Origin: the human T2T-CHM13v2.0 reference genome, Homo sapiens
Strand: one strand, 5' to 3'
NCBI RefSeq assembly: GCF_009914755.1
Contig: NC_060932.1
Length of the DNA: 64,000 bases
The notes beneath the pieces were generated by a model. The model saw only the letters and a list, made by a program, of their open reading frames with translations. It made no database searches and was not told the origin of the DNA. Below are positions 44,411 to 62,519 of the stretch, piece after piece. The position numbers and the translations under genes are program-made. How positions within the stretch are numbered: the first letter of the stretch is position 1; every line of letters begins with the position of its first letter.

Positions 44411-45159
44411 AGAATCATTTTATGGTGAGGATATTATTTCCAATATACAAATTGAAGAAAATACAATCAGAAAGATTGATAAACTTGTCTGTAGACTTTA
44501 AAAAATCTACATTAAAAATTAAGAATAAAATTATAAGATAATAAAGAAAAGTATTTGCAAAATGTCTTATAAAAGGACATTAAAATAATAAAATTTCATT
44601 TTTATTTAGGTAGAAATCAGGTGTATGACTGTATGCTGTATGTGTAGAGGGGATATAAATATACTTCCAGAAGGAATGGGAAAGCCTTAAAAGTATTCAT
44701 GCACTTTGACCCTGCAATTCTACTTATATGAATTTTCCCTTGAGAAATTAATCAGATGTAAATGAAGATTTATGGACACCAAAGTTTACTGAAAAAGCTT
44801 TTATAAATTAACAATAGCTAATTTGACAATAAAGTGCTTGTTATTTTATAGCATCTCCATTTAATTAAATGTAAGGCTGACACTTAAAGTCACGGTCACA
44901 GAAAAAATTCACATAGAATGAGTAAAAGAAACCAATATTTATATAGCCCTAAAATAAAGCATGATATAAGCTATATATTGCATAACATATGCTCCTAATT
45001 TTTAACAGCATATCCATATTTCTGTGCCTCTGTTTTTAGGCATATGTGCACACAAAACCGACTAAAACAAAATACATCAACAGGTTAACAGTTCCTATTT
45101 GAGGCTGGTAATATTGTGACTGGTTTATACTTTTTGTATTTTCTAAATTGTTTTTATAA

Positions 45160-45479
<320 letters not shown>

Positions 45480-46561
45480 ACATAATAACTTTGAAAAAGG
45501 AAACAAATGATATGAAAAACAATTATATGTTATGCTCAGAAAATTAGGGTTATTTATCTATGATTATATAGTATATTGTGATGGAAATTGGAAGGTTTTG
45601 ATTCTGGAAGCCTGAGTTTTGCCCACTGGAACAAACTTGATTTTTCTGCACAAGCACCCTCAATGATACTCAACACATCTGAGAGGCTGTATAGTTAGGA
45701 AACCAAAAGTAATATCAGTTCAAACTTAATTAAGCAGATGACATGATAAATTAGAGCATAAACTGCCACACTCATTTTAGGAGAACCTAAACTCAGATTT
45801 GAAAATGAAGTTATTTTCCAAGTCGTAGGAAAAATCACAGTTGTTTGGGAATATCCTATCTCATTCTTTAAGCAATGGGGACAGCTAAAAGTAAATGAAT
45901 GGGATCTTTTTACCTGTTATATTTGGTTTAGTTGGCCTTCTCAATTCTTCTTGGATTAACTAGTTATTGTTATCATTTCAAATATAGACCTTTGCTATAA
46001 GAATCACACAAACATATTACGTATTCCTCAAATGTGATACAAAATCAAATTTATAATAAAGGCTTTTATTTAGACATTATCTCAGTTTAGTTATACTACT
46101 AAATTCACCAAGTTCATGTGTTCATTGAGCAGATATTTGTATATCCAGGCTATCTTCTAGGTGTTGGGTGAAACAGGTAAATAAACTTTGCACTTTCAAA
46201 TATTTATATATTGTATAAGGATAAGCAGATATACATATGATAAACATGTATATATAAACATTATAAATGTACATATTTACTACATATGTAATGACTTAAA
46301 CTGTTTCAGAGAGTGATAAATACTATGAATAAAAAAACTGAATTATGCAATAAAGAGTTGGCTGTGGGGGAACCAACCACAAATCACTTGAAAAATATTT
46401 AAAATATATGTTACTCATCTCTCTAAATCCTGTTAGACTTTTAGTCTAATTTATGATTCTCCTTCCTCGACTGAATTTGTATGTCTTCTCTCTCTTTTAT
46501 AGAGCTGTTCTCTCTCTGTTCTGTTAGGTCTAACACAGCTAGAAAATTCTGATTGAATTCT

Positions 46562-47322
46562 AAATTAATTTCCTGGGGCTGCCATATGAGTTATCACAAA
46601 GTGGGTTGCATAAAACAACAGAAATTGGTTTCTTTGTTTTTTGAGATGGAGTCTCACTCTGTCACCCAGGCTGGAGTGCAGTGGCACGATCTCAGCTCAC
46701 TGCAACCTCCATGTCCTGGGTTAAAATGATTCTCCTGCCTCAACTTCCTAAGCAGCTGGAACTACAGACACACGCCACCATGCCCAGCTAATTTTTGTAT
46801 TTTTAGTAGAGACGAGGTTTCACCATGTTGGCCAGGCTGGTCTTGAACTCCTGACCTCAAGTCATCTGCCACCTTGGTCTCCCAAAGTGCTGAGATTACA
46901 GGCATGAGCCACCATGCCCAGCAAGAAATTTATTTTTTCATAGAAATGTATTCTCCCTATTCTGGAAGCTGGAAGTTAGACATCAAGATAGCAGCAGGAC
47001 ACGTTCTCTCTGAAGGCTCTTGGGGAGAAATTTTCCTTTACTTCTGCTAGTTGCTGGTGGTGGCTGGAAATTCCTGAAATTTCTTGGCTTACAGATGTAT
47101 CACTCCAATACATGCCTTCACCTTCACATGGCCTTCTTCCCGGTGTGTCTGTGTCTAAAATTTCCCTCTTCTTTTAAGGATACCGTTAACTCATTAGGGC
47201 CCATCCTAACCCAGTATGCCTTTAACTTGATTTGATTATATTTGCAAGGACTATTTCCAAATAAGGTCATATTCACAGACTTTGGAGATTAGGATGCAAA
47301 CTTATCTTTTTGGGGATACAAT
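46562..47322 (-). mobile_element. MLT1C-like LTR, Alu-interrupted
   Basis: ggggctgcca...aaaacaacagaaatt, ctctctgaaggctct, cttcacatggccttc, tttccaaataaggtca. Confidence 0.8.
46629..46922 (-). mobile_element. AluS
   Basis: Full antisense Alu; agaaatt occurs on both flanks. Confidence 0.92.
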
Positions 47323-47665
47323 AATGGCCTCTATGGGAAGGGACCATTAGAATGAGGATCTGACTAATGAGAAAAAGAAAGCCCAAGGCAGCCCTGGGGA
47401 AAAATACTTCCATGTAAAGGACAGTATAAAAATCCTAAAGATGTTAAGGTTAAGAGGCAGAAAGACCAATGTGACTAAAGGGGGTTGTGGGGGGACAGGG
47501 GGGTGGTGCGGGGGGTGGAGAGAGAGAGAAAGTAAGTCAGGCCATACAGGCCATATATGTGGGTAAGAACCAAATCTCAGTGAGCTTTGTAAGCTGACAT
47601 AAGAAGTTCTGATTTTATTTTATTCAACGTGAAGCTGAATAATTTTATTTGGAGAAAAGTTATTA

Positions 47666-48155
<490 letters not shown>

Positions 48156-48859
48156 TCATGAAATGGAATGTGAGGTGGGAGGAAGAGGGGAAATGAGATG
48201 ATGAAAAGATGCCCAGGTGGGTATTGTTGCCATTAACTAAGACAAGATGGGCTGGGAGGGAAAGAAGATTGTGGACTATGGGGTGGAGTAGAGACTGAGT
48301 TGTGGTTTTTTGGTTGTTTTTGTTTTTCCTATGTCTATCTCCTCCATTGGTATAAATTCTTGAATGGAGAAAGTATACTGCTATGGTACAGAGTAAGCAC
48401 TTGAAAAATATATGAAAAATGTATGTTATCCATCTCTCCAAAACCTGTTAGACTCTTCATTTAATTTATGACTTCCCTTCCTTCTTGACCCCATTTAAAT
48501 GTTTTCTCTCTCTTTCATAGAGCTCTTCCTTCTTGGTTCTCTTGGGTTTAACACAGCTGGAAAATTATTTGCATGCATAAAGCCCACTTCCAAATGTCTC
48601 ACACACAGGTGGTGGCTCTGTAGAAAAAGCAGGGACCTAGAGTCACAGGAACTGGGATAGCCATTCCATCTTAGCTATCTAACGTCCTACGCGATACTTA
48701 ACTGCCCTACAGCTTAGTTATTTCTAGAATTTAACACGTTGCTGTGATAATTGCTTTAGATAATATATGGAGCATAATGTTGTGGCTAAAGCACACCATG
48801 AATCAGACATGGGAGAGGCAGAAGCCCCGACTAGGACAATGATTGGCGATGCAGCCGTT

Positions 48860-49040
48860 TGGTGAAAAGCCATCTGGCTTTGCATTCAGATAGACCCGAA
48901 CAAAGACCAAGGCCCTGCATATTCATTTATTAACTGAGCCTCAGTTTCCACAAATGTCTGACTACCTACCCACCTTGTGGGACTGCGGTGATTATTTGAA
49001 AAGTGTATGAAAGGTGCCTAGGACAGGGGAAACATGAAAT
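48860..49040 (+). mobile_element. MIR fragment
   Basis: tggctttgcattcagatagacc, ctgagcctcagtttcc, ctacctacc...ttgtggga. Confidence 0.6.
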
Positions 49041-50668
49041 GTTACTTTCCCTCCCTCTTTCCTCTGCCCACGCGTGGATCCCTGCTTGACAGGATGCTGG
49101 GTATTTATGGTAATCATCTACCTAGTGTTCAATTTCAGAGAGTAATTTTTCACACGAGCTCTTCTCCAGCGTTTCTAAAAAAGAAATGAATTCGGCCTCT
49201 CTTACTATCGCCAAAATAAAGATAATTGATAACTGAGAGGAATGCCAGGGGTATAAGAGCAAAGTTAGGAAAACCTCTTAACTGTTTCCTAAAATGATGA
49301 ATGTGTGGTCTAAACCAGAGGTGGGAGTTGAAAAGTGAGATGTCTTCTTGCTCCCTGTAGTTCTCGGGAGGGTGGAGGGGGGTCTCTAAAAAACTAAGTC
49401 TTGAGTTGTGCTACAGTCACTCAAGTCTCAGAGAAACAACAGCAAACTTCTGAAAGGGGGATTGGAGCTCTGCAGCATATCACTCTGATCCTTCTGCTAC
49501 ATCTCTTCTAAAAGATTGCACCCCTCTCAGCTCTAAAATGATCGGATGCCATGCTCATGGGATTTGGTTATAGGTAAAGGATCCAGCAACGAGGTCTTTC
49601 TCAAAATACCTGCTAAATAGATGCTGCCATCTGATGTGGTCTTTAATGGTTTTAGTGGCTCCTATGCAAGTAGAATATGATGAACTAAGCCTGAGATTTA
49701 GGCAGCATTCTGTTATTTCTTTTCTTTTCTTTTTTTAAAAGTATCTTTTGATATTAGTGACTTCCTGCCAGGAGTACAAAAAGGAAGGAAGGTGAGGGAG
49801 CCAGGACAGCCGATTCCGTTTTGACACAGCCTGGGCCTTTTGTGTAACCCCAGGGATTTGGGCCTCAGAAGCATGTAGGGCCAGTGGGCGCGTAACCTCG
49901 CAGCTGCTCATGGTACAGCCTCTGGCTGGGCTTCCTACTTCCCTCTGGACGAAGAGCTGGGGATGATCTGCAGCACGCTCTGTGAACACAGAACCTGATT
50001 GGACAAGGGGAATGTCCGGGAACTCGGTGTTCTGAAGTGTCTTTAAGGTTAGAAAAACAGAATGTTGGTAATGAGCTGGGAATTGAAAAGAGAGAACCAG
50101 CCGCAGTTCAAGTGAGCAGAATTTGCCAGAATGCTGTGCATATTTCTTTGGAAAGTCAAAATAAGTGAGCTTCAGACTAGACACTTAGCAGACCCTCAAC
50201 ATACACTTTGTGATTAATGAATAAATGCTCTTTATTCATGAATAGCATGGTTTGTTGTGAAATCCAATAAGGATCAATGGTTAAGCAACCAAGTAGAAAT
50301 TGTCACCAGGAAGGAGAGTTGACTGTAGTTTCGTTGACTGCATGAAGCTGAAGCTCTGCAGTGTGTTAGGAGAGAAATAAGACTTGAATGCAAATACCTG
50401 CTCTAAAAAGCACCACTGAAAGTTATTCTCATACGCACTGATTCTCTATCCTGTTGCAAAGTAGGTTTAACAGAAGGAAAGGCATTTGTCATCCAGAAAG
50501 AAGCAGGCAGGACGCTGGAGCACTAAAGATGTACTTTGTCCACTATCCAGATTTGTAGGAGCTCAGCCTTTGGTTTGTTTAATCTAGGCTGGGGCACCAA
50601 AAATCAGCTTATGCCCCTCAGAAAAGTTCCTCAACTGTGCAGTCTAATCTGTTAAAAAAGGTTATGAC

Positions 50669-50787
50669 GGTCGGCGGCTCACGCCTATCTCAGCACTTTG
50701 GGAGGCTGAGCCAAGAGGATCGCTTGAGCTCAGGAATTCAAAACTAGCTTGGTCAACATAGCAAGGACCTATATTTATAATTTTTTT
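50669..50787 (+). mobile_element. Alu left monomer (FLAM_C-like)
   Basis: ggctcacgcct...gaggatcgcttgagctcagg...caacatagcaag. TSD aaaggttatg (50657-50666 / 50788-50797). Confidence 0.8.
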
Positions 50788-50799
50788 AAAGGTTATGGT

Positions 50800-51495
50800 T
50801 CCAATTTTTTACGATTGTAAATAGTGCTGCAATAAACATACTTGTGCATGTGTCTTTATAGTAGAATGATTTATAATCCTTTGGGTATATACCCATTATT
50901 GGGATTGCTGGGTCAAATGGTATTTCTGGTTCTAGATCCCTGAGGAATCGCCATACAGTCTTCCACAATGGTTGAACTTATTTACACTTCTACTAACAGT
51001 GTAAAAGCATTCCTATTTCTCCACATCCTCTCCAGCATCTGTTGTTTCCTGACTTTCTAATAAATGCCCGTCAATGATAGACTGGATAAAGAAAATGTGG
51101 CACATATACTCCATGGAACACTGAGCAGCCATAAAAAAATGAGTTCATGTCCTTTGCAGGGAGGGACATGGATGAAGCTGGAAGCCATCATTCTCAGCAA
51201 ACTAATAAAGGAACAGAAAACCAAGCATCGCATGTCCTCACTTATAAGTGAGAGTTGAACAATGAGAACACATGGACACAGGGAGGGGAACATCACACAC
51301 CAGGGCCTGTCAGCGGGTGGGTGACAAGGAGAAGGAGAGCATCAGGACAAATACCTAATGCATGTGGAGCTTAAAACCTAGATGATGGGTTGATAGGTGC
51401 AGCAAACCACCATGGCATTTGTATATCTATGTAACAAATCTGCATGTTCTGCACATGTATCCCGGAACTTAAAGTAAAATAAATAAAATTTTAAA
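50800..51495 (+). mobile_element. 5'-truncated, 5'-inverted L1PA (about PA7-10), twin-primed
   Basis: 50800-51060 is antisense ORF2 C-terminus. 51061-51495 is sense ORF2 end, 3'UTR and tail. TSD aaaggttatggt (50788-50799 / 51496-51507). Confidence 0.9.
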
Positions 51496-53118
51496 AAAGG
51501 TTATGGTGGGTCCATTCTGTTTACAAAATCTACATGGTAGGACATATGGCATAGTTCAGTCAACATTTCAGCTGAACCCATTTTAATCACTAGAGGGATT
51601 ATTTAATGCGGGTAGTTTCTAAATAATTCTAAAGTAAAACTTAGAATGCAGTTAACTAGAAATAACACTTAATGAGATTTGTGAGCGTATGTAGAATATT
51701 ATACCTTGAGAAGAAAAACGACAAAAGATAACACAGTAAGTTGACATCAGGGACTTTTCATAAAGTAAAATTATGGGAAAATAAATGAAAGTCAGTACAT
51801 GCTAATGGACTCAGTAAACACTTATTTGATATTGTTCAGTGATCAATATCAAACACTTATTTGATATCAAACACTTATTTGACTCAAACTGGGAGCTCCG
51901 TTGACCCTTACCCCCACCTCTATCCAGATCACTAGACCCCATTGCATTTACTTCCAACGTTAATCAATGTTCAAAACAACTACAAAGTTCAGAGACTATG
52001 ATCCATTTCCTCTGCATCTGAGACTTAAAATCCATAATATGCTCTTTTTGAGTGCTAATCTATGAGTGATCCTGAAACACATTACTATACTAAAAGCTAC
52101 GTTCTGTTCCTTCCCAGAACAGCCTTAACCCATTTAGACTGTCTAAAAACTTAGGTTTGACATAATCTAGCAGAAAACTAAGTTTCTCTCTAGAGGTACA
52201 TGCTTAGATTTTATGCAGTTATATGAACTTGCCCGGCATTTTAGGTAGTCCTAATCGATATATCAACAAATAGTAAATTAGCTGCAGGTCAGTTTTTCAT
52301 GCCATGCCTTCTAAAACAGGTGACTGTTGAGTAGGGAGTGTGGTTAGCTCTTGGGAGTGTATTTATCAACTTTTACCCAGAGCTACTCAGGACCTAACCC
52401 CATACCCAACAGTGCCACTAGTGTCCTTTGCCATTGTCCTCTTCTCACTACCTTGGTCCTCCAGCTTCCTTTTCATTATCCCTCTATAAATGGAAGAAGG
52501 GACACTTTGGGATGTTTGAAGGAGTGACTAACACGACTAATAAACATATATAGTATTTGTTTCTCTAGGAGACAGCAAAGTGGATGGAAGGCATTAGAAA
52601 TAAAATTGAAACTTTATTTTATTAAGTAGAAGGACAAATACACAAAGAAAGACATGAATGAGTGTCCGTATGGTCCAAATTATTGAGATATTTTTATATG
52701 GTCCTACAATTTAGTTAAAGAGATATTTTTAAAACAACTCCAAAAATGATGGTCGTGTAGTGCTGGATTATCTATCAGTGCAGGGTAGTTTTGTTGAAGG
52801 TCTTACAGAAAATTGCCCAAAACAGCAGCAGCAACAACTCATTACGCAAAAGTTTATTGAAGAAAATGAAAACTATCTCCCCTGCACAGCAGTGGAAAGG
52901 TCATTAAAATTATCTAGTTGAGAGGTGTTCAAACTGCACGTTATGGCACGCTAGTGAGTTCTGAGATCGGTTCCATGGGCTGGGAGCAGTTTTTTGTAAA
53001 AAATGATACAATAGAATACAATAGAATGAAAAACAATACAGGGCATAAGGCTAGTAAATTTACTGCTTTTTGAAACTTGTGTTTCAGTTATAATATGTAT
53101 CAATTATATTTGTGCCCT

Positions 53119-53137
53119 ACACACACACACACACACA
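53119..53137. repeat. (CA)n microsatellite
   Basis: Read directly. Confidence 0.85.
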
Positions 53138-53375
53138 AATATCCTTTTTAAAACTTTTAAAATTTTTTTTCTTATACTTTAAGTTTTAGGGTACATGTGC
53201 ACAACGTGCAGGTTTGTTACATATGTATACATGTGCCATGTTGGTGTGCTGCACCCATTAACTCGTCATTTAACACTAGGTATATCTCCTAATGCTATAT
53301 CTCCCCCCTCCCCCCACCTCCCAGCAGGCCCCGGTATGTGATGTTCCCCTTCCTGTGTCCTTGTGTTCTCATTGT

Positions 53376-57176
<3,801 letters not shown>

Positions 57177-57239
57177 TATGATGTTAGCTGGTTGTTTTGC
57201 TCATTAGTTGATGCAGTTTCTTCCTTGCCTCAATGGTCT

Positions 57240-58256
57240 TTACCATTTAGCTTGTTTTTGCAGTGGCTGGTACCGGTTGTTCCTTTCCATATTTAGTGCT
57301 TCCTTCAGGAGCTCTTTTAGGGCAGGCCTGGTGGTGACAAAATCTCTCAGCATTTGCTTATCTGTAAAGGATTTTATTTCTCCTTCACTTATGAAGCTTA
57401 GTTTGGCTGAATAGGAAATTCTGGGTTGAAAATTCTTTTCTTTAAGAATGTTGAATATTGGCCCCCACTCTCTTCTGCCTTGTAGAGTTTCTGCCAAGAG
57501 ATCAGCTGTTAGTCTGATGGGCTTCCCTTTGTGGGTAACCCGACCTTTCTCTGTGGCTGCCCTTAACATTTTTTCCTTCATTTCAACTTTGGTGAATCTG
57601 ACAATTATGTGTCTTGGAGTTGCTCTTCTCAAGGAGTTTCTTTGTGGCATTCTCTGTATTTCCTGAATTTGAATGTTGGCCTGCCTTGCTAGATTGGGGA
57701 AGTTCTCCTGGATAATATCCTGCAGAGTGTTTTCCAACATGATTCCGTTCTCCCTGTCTCTTGCAGGTACACCAATCAGAGGTAGATTTGGTCTTTTCAC
57801 ATAGTCCCATATTTCTTGGAGGCTTTGTTAGTTTCTTTTTATTCTTTTTTCTCTAAACTTCTCTTCTCGCTTCATTTCACTCATTTGATCTTCCATCACT
57901 GATACCCTTTCTTCCAGTTGATCAAATCGACTACTGAGGCTTGTGCATTTGTCACATAGTTCTCATGCCATGGTTTTCAGCTCCATCAGGTCCTTTAAGG
58001 CCTTCTCTGCATTGGTTATTCTAGTTAGCCATTCATCTAATCTTTTTTCAAGTTTTTTAACTTCTTTGCCATGGGTTTTAACTTTCTCCTTTAGCTCTGA
58101 GTAGTTTGATCATCTGAAGCCTTCTTCTCTCAACTTGTCAAAGTTATTCTCTGTCCAGCTTTGTTCCGTTGCTGCTGAGGAGCTGCACTCCTTTGGAGGA
58201 GGAGAGGCACTCTGATTTTTAGAATTTCCAGTTTTTATGCTGTGTTTTTTCCTCAT
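57240..58256 (-). pseudogene. ORF1: L1 ORF1 RNA-binding protein, full span with nonsense mutations
   Basis: ATG 58256 to TAA 57240 spans 1017 nt. In-frame TGA at 58110-58112 and TAA at 57828-57830. The C-terminal fragment contains KRPNL...RATPRHIIVRF. Confidence 0.93.
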
Positions 58257-58831
58257 CTTTGTGGTTTTATCTACCTTTGGTCTTTGATGATGGTGACATA
58301 CAGATGGGGTTTTGGTGTGGATGTCCTTTCTGTTAGTTAGTTTTCCTTCTAACAGTCAGGACCCTCAGCTGCATGTCTGTTGGAGTTTGCTGGAGGTCCA
58401 CTCCAGATCCTGTTTGTCTGGGTGTCAGCAGTGGAGGCTGCAGAACAGCGGATATTGGTTAACAGCAAATGTTGCTATCTGATCATTCCTCTGGAAGTTT
58501 TGTCTCAGAGGAGTATCCGGCCATGTGAGGTGTCAGTCTGCCCCTACTGGGGCCTGCCTCCCAGTTGGGCTACTCGGGGGTCAGGGACCCACTTGAGTAG
58601 GCAGTCTGTCCATTCTCAGATCTCAAGCTGCATGCTGGGAGAACCACTACTCTTTTCAAAGCTGTCAGACAGGGACATTTAAGACTGTAGAGGTTTCTGA
58701 TGCCTTTTGTTTTGCTGTGCCCTGCCCCCAGAAGTGGAGTCTACAGAGGCAGGCAGGCCTCCTTGAGCTGCAGTGGGCTCCACCCAGTTCGAGCTTCTGG
58801 GCTGCTTTGTTTACCTACTCAAGCCTTGGTT

Positions 58832-58924
58832 ATGGCAGGTGCCCCTCCTCCAGGCTTGCTGCTGCCTTGCAGTTTGATCTCAGACTGCTGTGCTAGCAAT
58901 GAGCGAGGCTCTGTGGGCGTATGA
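58832..58924 (+). pseudogene. ORF0: L1 ORF0 (antisense 5'UTR ORF), truncated at 30 aa
   Basis: MAGAPPPGLLLPCSLISDCCASNERGSVGV*. The same frame continues ...EKHSIRVGVTQFSRC, matching recalled primate ORF0. Confidence 0.8.
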
Positions 58925-59209
58925 CCCTCTGAACCATGCGCGGGATATAATCTCCTGGTGTGCCGTTTGCTAAGACTGTTGGAAAAGCACAGTATTAGGG
59001 TGGGAGTGACCCAATTTTCAAGGTGCCGTCTGTCTCCCCTTTCCTTGGCTTGGGAAGGGAATTCCCTGACCCCTTGCACTTCCCAGGTGAGGCGATGCCT
59101 CATCCTGCTTCAGCTTACACTTGGTGTGCTGCACCCACTGTCCTGCACCCACTGTCTGACAGTCCCCCCTAAGATGAACCCGGTTCCTCAGTTGGAAATG
59201 CAGAAATAA

Positions 59210-59574
<365 letters not shown>

Positions 59575-61289
59575 GTTCTTTTATTATAATAACTGAAACA
59601 AACCCGTTACACTATTATATGTGTGTGTAACTTGGTGACATAGGCTACAGGTCATAGGCAAAAAATAAGATAAATAAAAATAAACACTAATCTACTCCCA
59701 CTAATGACATGCCCCTGCTCTACACCTGCTTGGTTGTCATCCTGACTCTATGTGAATGCCGTCACTGCTTATTCTTTCATGAACTCTCTCTTTAATTTTG
59801 CTGAATCAAAATATGTCTTCCTGGAACTTACTGATTAGCCCAATTGCTATCTATCCCTAGACGCCTTTCAGACAAGCTTAGTTTTTCTTCCGCACAATAA
59901 CCCTTCAAACATTTGAACCGAGACATGTTGTCCCTGCTGAGGTTTCGCTTCACCTCACAAAGCATTCTGGGCTTCAACTCAGTTGATGTTATGAACCTTT
60001 GCTGATTAAATTTCTCTATATACCCTCACCTGTTTGAGCTGCGTATAGCTCTTAGAAAGATAGAATTAGATTGTCCTGCAAAGAGAAGAGCCAGATGTGG
60101 CTACACCCTGATCAGGAAAAGAAAAGAAAAGAAACAGGCGACGAGCTTCAGGAATGGCGCTGGGTATCATTTACGATACTACTTATAACATCTGGGAAGC
60201 TCATGTAAGAAGTTTTATTTCCCTTATGGATCCCTCTTGGAGAATGATTGAAGTGTGGCAACGTCACAAAGCTCAGCCAGAAGCACACATTGAGCGAATT
60301 GGAGTGAGGACTGGGAAGAGATAGTTCATAAAGACTTATTTTGGCTTTAGTCATAGATTTTAGAAACGCACACGCTAGTATAAATACATATAAATATCTC
60401 ATGCTCACTTCCTGAGAAAAACATGCTAGTTTATGTTCACAACTGTTTTCTTTTTAAAGAAGCTGTAAATACCAGGGCCTCAATATCTGAATCTGAACAG
60501 CTAATTAAAATTTTTAAAAAAGAACAGCTTATCTTCCATTCCTTTTTTAGGAAACATTTCAAATATAGACTGATGATTTAACAAAAGACAGCTGTTTCAT
60601 TTCACATGCAAAAACATCATGTGAAAAGCGGCACTTCTAAAAAATTGTTTTGGCTGTAATTCTTTTCAATAAAGTTGCAGATTTTTCACCATAATTCGAC
60701 AGAAACCCTTTGAAAATGCATTTCACCAGATTTGTTTTTTGAAATTTGTATTGCTTCAGAATTTATTCCTATTTCCTCTCTATGATCCAAAATAAATGTT
60801 AGAATTGAAATTTCTAAATTAAACTATTACTCTTTCTTATCAGCAATAATTAAAGATTAAAAATGTATTTAACAAAATTTGTTAAAAGAAAAATGTTAGC
60901 TGATTAGTTTTAAAAAGAGATCAACCACAGCTATGGAAGAATAGAAACCTAGAATAGACCTTGTGTGAAAATGACCCCGAACAACTAATTGCTTAGGAGA
61001 ATGATTGTCACTTCAGTTGTTAAGTATAGAAAAATGAAAGACACTCAACATCAGAAAAATAGAAACAACACAGCCACTAGGCAGCAGTTTCATCTTTGTA
61101 TGTTGCTTATCCCTCCCTGGGCTAAATACTAATTATTTTGTATGTGAAAGAATTCTAAAACTATTTAAAATTTACTTCATGCCAGGCATCATTTTGGGTT
61201 CTGGATTTATACATAAGTTGAGTGAAGAAAGCTACAGGCAATGTTGACTTCTTGACAATTTTTACTGAAAACGAATAAAGAATTAAACT

Positions 61290-61575
61290 TACATTTCAGA
61301 TTTCTCCTCTGAGCTCTGGTTTCCTATATTCAGCTGCCTCCTTGGCTGTGCTGCAGGCATTTCAGCTTTACTGCTTTGCATGTCTGAACTCTCGATCTTT
61401 CTCTCATGCCCTCTCCACCTTCACCTGCCCCACCTCAGCCTTCCTGACCAACCTGCTCAAGACTCAACCTGGGAGCTCCGTTGACCCTTACCCTACCCTC
61501 TATCCAAATCACCAGATCCCATTGCATTTGCTTCCAAAATGCCTTTCAAATAATCTGCTTGCTCTCTGAAACCAC
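61290..61575 (+). mobile_element. L2 fragment
   Basis: tctcctctgagctctgg...tattcagctgcctcct...gctcaag...aacctgggag. Confidence 0.6.
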
Positions 61576-61899
61576 GATTGTTCTTTTTTGGTTGTTGTCT
61601 TTAATGGCCCAACAGCCAAAGTGCAAAGGGTCATTACGGGAATTAAATAAAATTGCATATGTTGTTATTTAACATTACTATAAAAACAATCCTTTTATTA
61701 AGTGATCTAGGGACTTTGAACATAGTGACAAAGGTAGATCCAATCCCTGCTTCTGATAGAGATAGGCTTTAAATGAGTACTCCCCAAAATAAATGTATGT
61801 TTGCAAACTCTAGTAAGTGCTAGTAAAGAAGAGCAATGGGTATATTGGCAGGAATTAGGAAAGCTCAGTGAGCAAAGTGACTTCAGAAGAAAACAAAAT

Positions 61900-62445
61900 C
61901 TAAATACTTGAGCAGTTTTCCTTCCATGCCTGTAACCTTTTAAAGACTGCCATTTGCACTTGGGATAACATTTTAAATCTCTAACATGACCTTCAGCACC
62001 CTGCAGCATTTGGCTTCTGCCTGCCAATCTAGCCTTGTCTTCCTCTCCTCTCCTCATTTGTTTCTGTTCCCCATATATGTTGTCTTTATGTCTGCTTTTC
62101 TGTCTTCTAACTCATTCCTACCACAGGGCCTTTGCACAGGATGTTCCTTCGGTCTCCAAAGCTCCTTGCTGTGCTCTTTCACAGGCTTTCCAGGACGCGA
62201 CCAATTTAAATGAAGCCTCGCCTTGTTTCTCTTTTATGTCTTTGGATGATTTCATTCGCTAGCATGTGTAAACATTTTCTTCATATAATTACAAGTTTAC
62301 TTATTTGTTTAAAGTCTCTTTTCTTCTTTAGACCTCATGTTCCACAAACACAAGGGTCATTTCCATTTCCCTCTCAATGTACGCCTGACACGGAGTAGGC
62401 ATTCAACAAATATTTGTGAATAAATCTATAAATCACTGAATAAGT
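61900..62445 (+). mobile_element. L2 3' end
   Basis: cagggcctttgcacaggatgttcc...gcctgacacggagtaggcattcaacaaatatttgtgaat. Confidence 0.75.
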
Positions 62446-62519
62446 TCATGAAAAGACAAATGGAAGAAAGCTGCAGTAGAATCTTTAAACTGTAGGAGAC
62501 GAATAGATAATGTGTATAA

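Noticed and set aside
49735-50184. 149-aa minus-strand ORF
   Set aside because: Non-ATG start and no recognisable homology; the locally higher GC content explains it.
51816-51882. Short repeats with spacers as a CRISPR-like array
   Set aside because: Only three 14-nt copies with irregular 4-21 nt spacers, in a eukaryotic context with no cas genes. A repair scar explains them better.
52920-53110. Possible hAT/Charlie-type DNA transposon remnant (also 25880-26110 and 59580-59695)
   Set aside because: Too degenerate to assign termini or a family by eye.
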